Origin: Burkholderiales bacterium
Lineage (GTDB): Bacteria; Pseudomonadota; Gammaproteobacteria; Burkholderiales; Burkholderiaceae_C
Assembly: GCA_003963115.1 (NCBI GenBank)
Contig: RXJQ01000004.1
Coordinates: 111,511-175,510 of the forward strand
DNA: 64,000 nucleotides
Direction of reading: 5' to 3'
Positions 62,919 to 64,000 of the stretch are shown piece by piece. Positions within the stretch are counted from its first letter, which is position 1; every line of letters begins with the position of its first letter. Position numbers and translations under genes: made by a program. Under the pieces are notes generated by a model, which saw nothing but the letters and a program-made list of their open reading frames with translations, searched no databases and was not told where the DNA came from.

Positions 62919-64000
62919 ATGGCAAGCAACGTTTCAAGTGCGCCGATGACCGCTGAAGAAAAGAAGGTGATCTTCGCCTCCAGCCTGGGCACGGTTTTCG
63001 AGTGGTACGACTTTTATCTCTATGGTTCTTTGGCAGCCATCATTGCCAAACAGTTTTTCGCCGGGCTGGATCCCACCTCGGCATTCATTTTCGCGTTGCT
63101 CGCGTTTGCGGCTGGTTTCATCGTCCGGCCATTTGGCGCCCTGGTATTTGGTCGCCTGGGTGACATGATCGGCCGGAAATACACATTCCTGGTCACGATC
63201 CTGATCATGGGTATGTCCACTTTCATCGTGGGTGTGCTGCCCAACTACGCCAAGATCGGCGTGGTCGCCCCCGTGGTGCTGATCGCCCTGCGTCTGTTGC
63301 AGGGCCTGGCGCTGGGCGGCGAGTACGGCGGTGCCGCCACCTATGTGGCCGAGCACGCACCTCAAGGCCGCCGCGGCGCCTACACCGCCTGGATCCAGAC
63401 CACCGCCACCATGGGCCTGTTCCTGTCCCTGCTGGTGATCCTGGGCGTGCGCACAGCCATCGGCGAAGAGGCGTTTGCCGACTGGGGTTGGCGCGTGCCT
63501 TTCCTGGTGTCCATCGCCCTGCTGGCCGTCAGCGTGTGGATCCGGATGAGCATGAATGAAAGCCCGGCCTTCAAGAAGATGAAGGAAGAGGGGAAGACCT
63601 CGAAGGCGCCGCTGACGGAGTCCTTCGGTCAGTGGGCCAACCTGAAGATCGTGATCCTGGCCCTGGTCGGCCTGGTTGCTGGTCAGGCCGTGGTCTGGTA
63701 CACGGGGCAGTTCTACGCCCTTTTCTTCTTGACGCAGGCGCTCAAGGTGGATGGTGCCACCGCCAACATCCTGATCGCGATTGCCCTGTTGATCGGCACG
63801 CCGTTCTTCGTGGTGTTCGGGTCGCTCTCCGACAAGATCGGCCGCAAGCCCATCATCCTGGGTGGCTGCCTGATCGCTGCGGTGACCTACTTCCCGCTGT
63901 TCAAGGCGCTGACCGAAGCGGCCAACCCCGATCTGGCCCGCGCACAGGCTTCGGCACCGGTGACCCTGGTGGCCGACCAGAACGAATGCTCCTTCCAGTT
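62919..64000 (+). CDS. MFS metabolite:H+ symporter-family transporter (3'-truncated by the window edge)
   Basis: Not in the ORF track because no stop is reached. ATG 62919 follows GAGGAG. MASNVSSAP...VFEWYDFYLYG, motif A GRLGDMIGRKY, multiple TM segments. Confidence 0.85.
   Translation, partial: MASNVSSAPMTAEEKKVIFASSLGTVFEWYDFYLYGSLAAIIAKQFFAGLDPTSAFIFALLAFAAGFIVRPFGALVFGRLGDMIGRKYTFLVTILIMGMSTFIVGVLPNYAKIGVVAPVVLIALRLLQGLALGGEYGGAATYVAEHAPQGRRGAYTAWIQTTATMGLFLSLLVILGVRTAIGEEAFADWGWRVPFLVSIALLAVSVWIRMSMNESPAFKKMKEEGKTSKAPLTESFGQWANLKIVILALVGLVAGQAVVWYTGQFYALFFLTQALKVDGATANILIAIALLIGTPFFVVFGSLSDKIGRKPIILGGCLIAAVTYFPLFKALTEAANPDLARAQASAPVTLVADQNECSFQ

Noticed and set aside
1-64000. CRISPR arrays, tRNA/rRNA/tmRNA/RNase P genes, IS elements, integrases, prophage remnants, toxin-antitoxin pairs and known multi-gene defence systems.
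   Set aside because: I scanned all intergenic gaps over 60 nt and the ORF list. I found no repeat-spacer arrays, no tRNA-like GTTCGAATC arms, no transposase, integrase or reverse-transcriptase-like ORFs, and no small adjacent TA-like gene pairs.

Overview
High-GC chromosomal window that looks betaproteobacterial (Burkholderiales-like gene order: hom-thrC-moeA-moaD-moaE, surE-pcm-nlpD, recJ/lolCD); I cannot place it more precisely without a search. It is almost entirely core genome. I saw no transposase, integrase, phage gene, CRISPR array, tRNA or rRNA.

Main blocks:
- (1) An ABC importer fragment, srkA, and a complete flgBCDEFGHIJKL cluster on the minus strand. An EAL-like/HDOD gene sits 15 nt after flgL, and flgA-flgM-flgN run divergently.
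- (2) recJ, then a lolC...lolD operon with two small membrane-protein genes wedged inside it, then tatD-like, PAP2-dgkA, a hypoxanthine/uracil-DNA-glycosylase-family gene, and a spermidine-synthase-like gene coupled to an orphan GspE-type ATPase.
- (3) A HisKA_3 sensor kinase with a LuxR-type regulator, surE-pcm-nlpD, rlmD, a GGDEF protein, a PIN-PhoH2 protein, bcp, and an aminotransferase followed by hom-thrC-moeA-moaDE.
- (4) A carotenoid-oxygenase-family gene, a second GGDEF gene and clpB. Next comes a small pocket of seemingly lower GC holding a PEP-CTERM protein, an NAPE-PLD-like MBL hydrolase and a patatin-like phospholipase. After that: class I fumarase, yqhA, an HD-GYP protein, acs and a truncated MFS transporter.

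I found no clear-cut novel system. The best candidates for follow-up are:
- the patatin + MBL-hydrolase pair in the clpB-fumA pocket;
- a terminator-bracketed structured leader or sRNA directly upstream of the PIN-PhoH2 gene;
- the orphan GspE-type ATPase translationally coupled to a methyltransferase-fold gene;
- the two membrane-protein genes inserted in the lol operon;
- the HDOD gene appended to the flagellar operon.

All protein calls come from motif and family recognition by eye on the supplied translations. No database search was run, and start codons are often uncertain.
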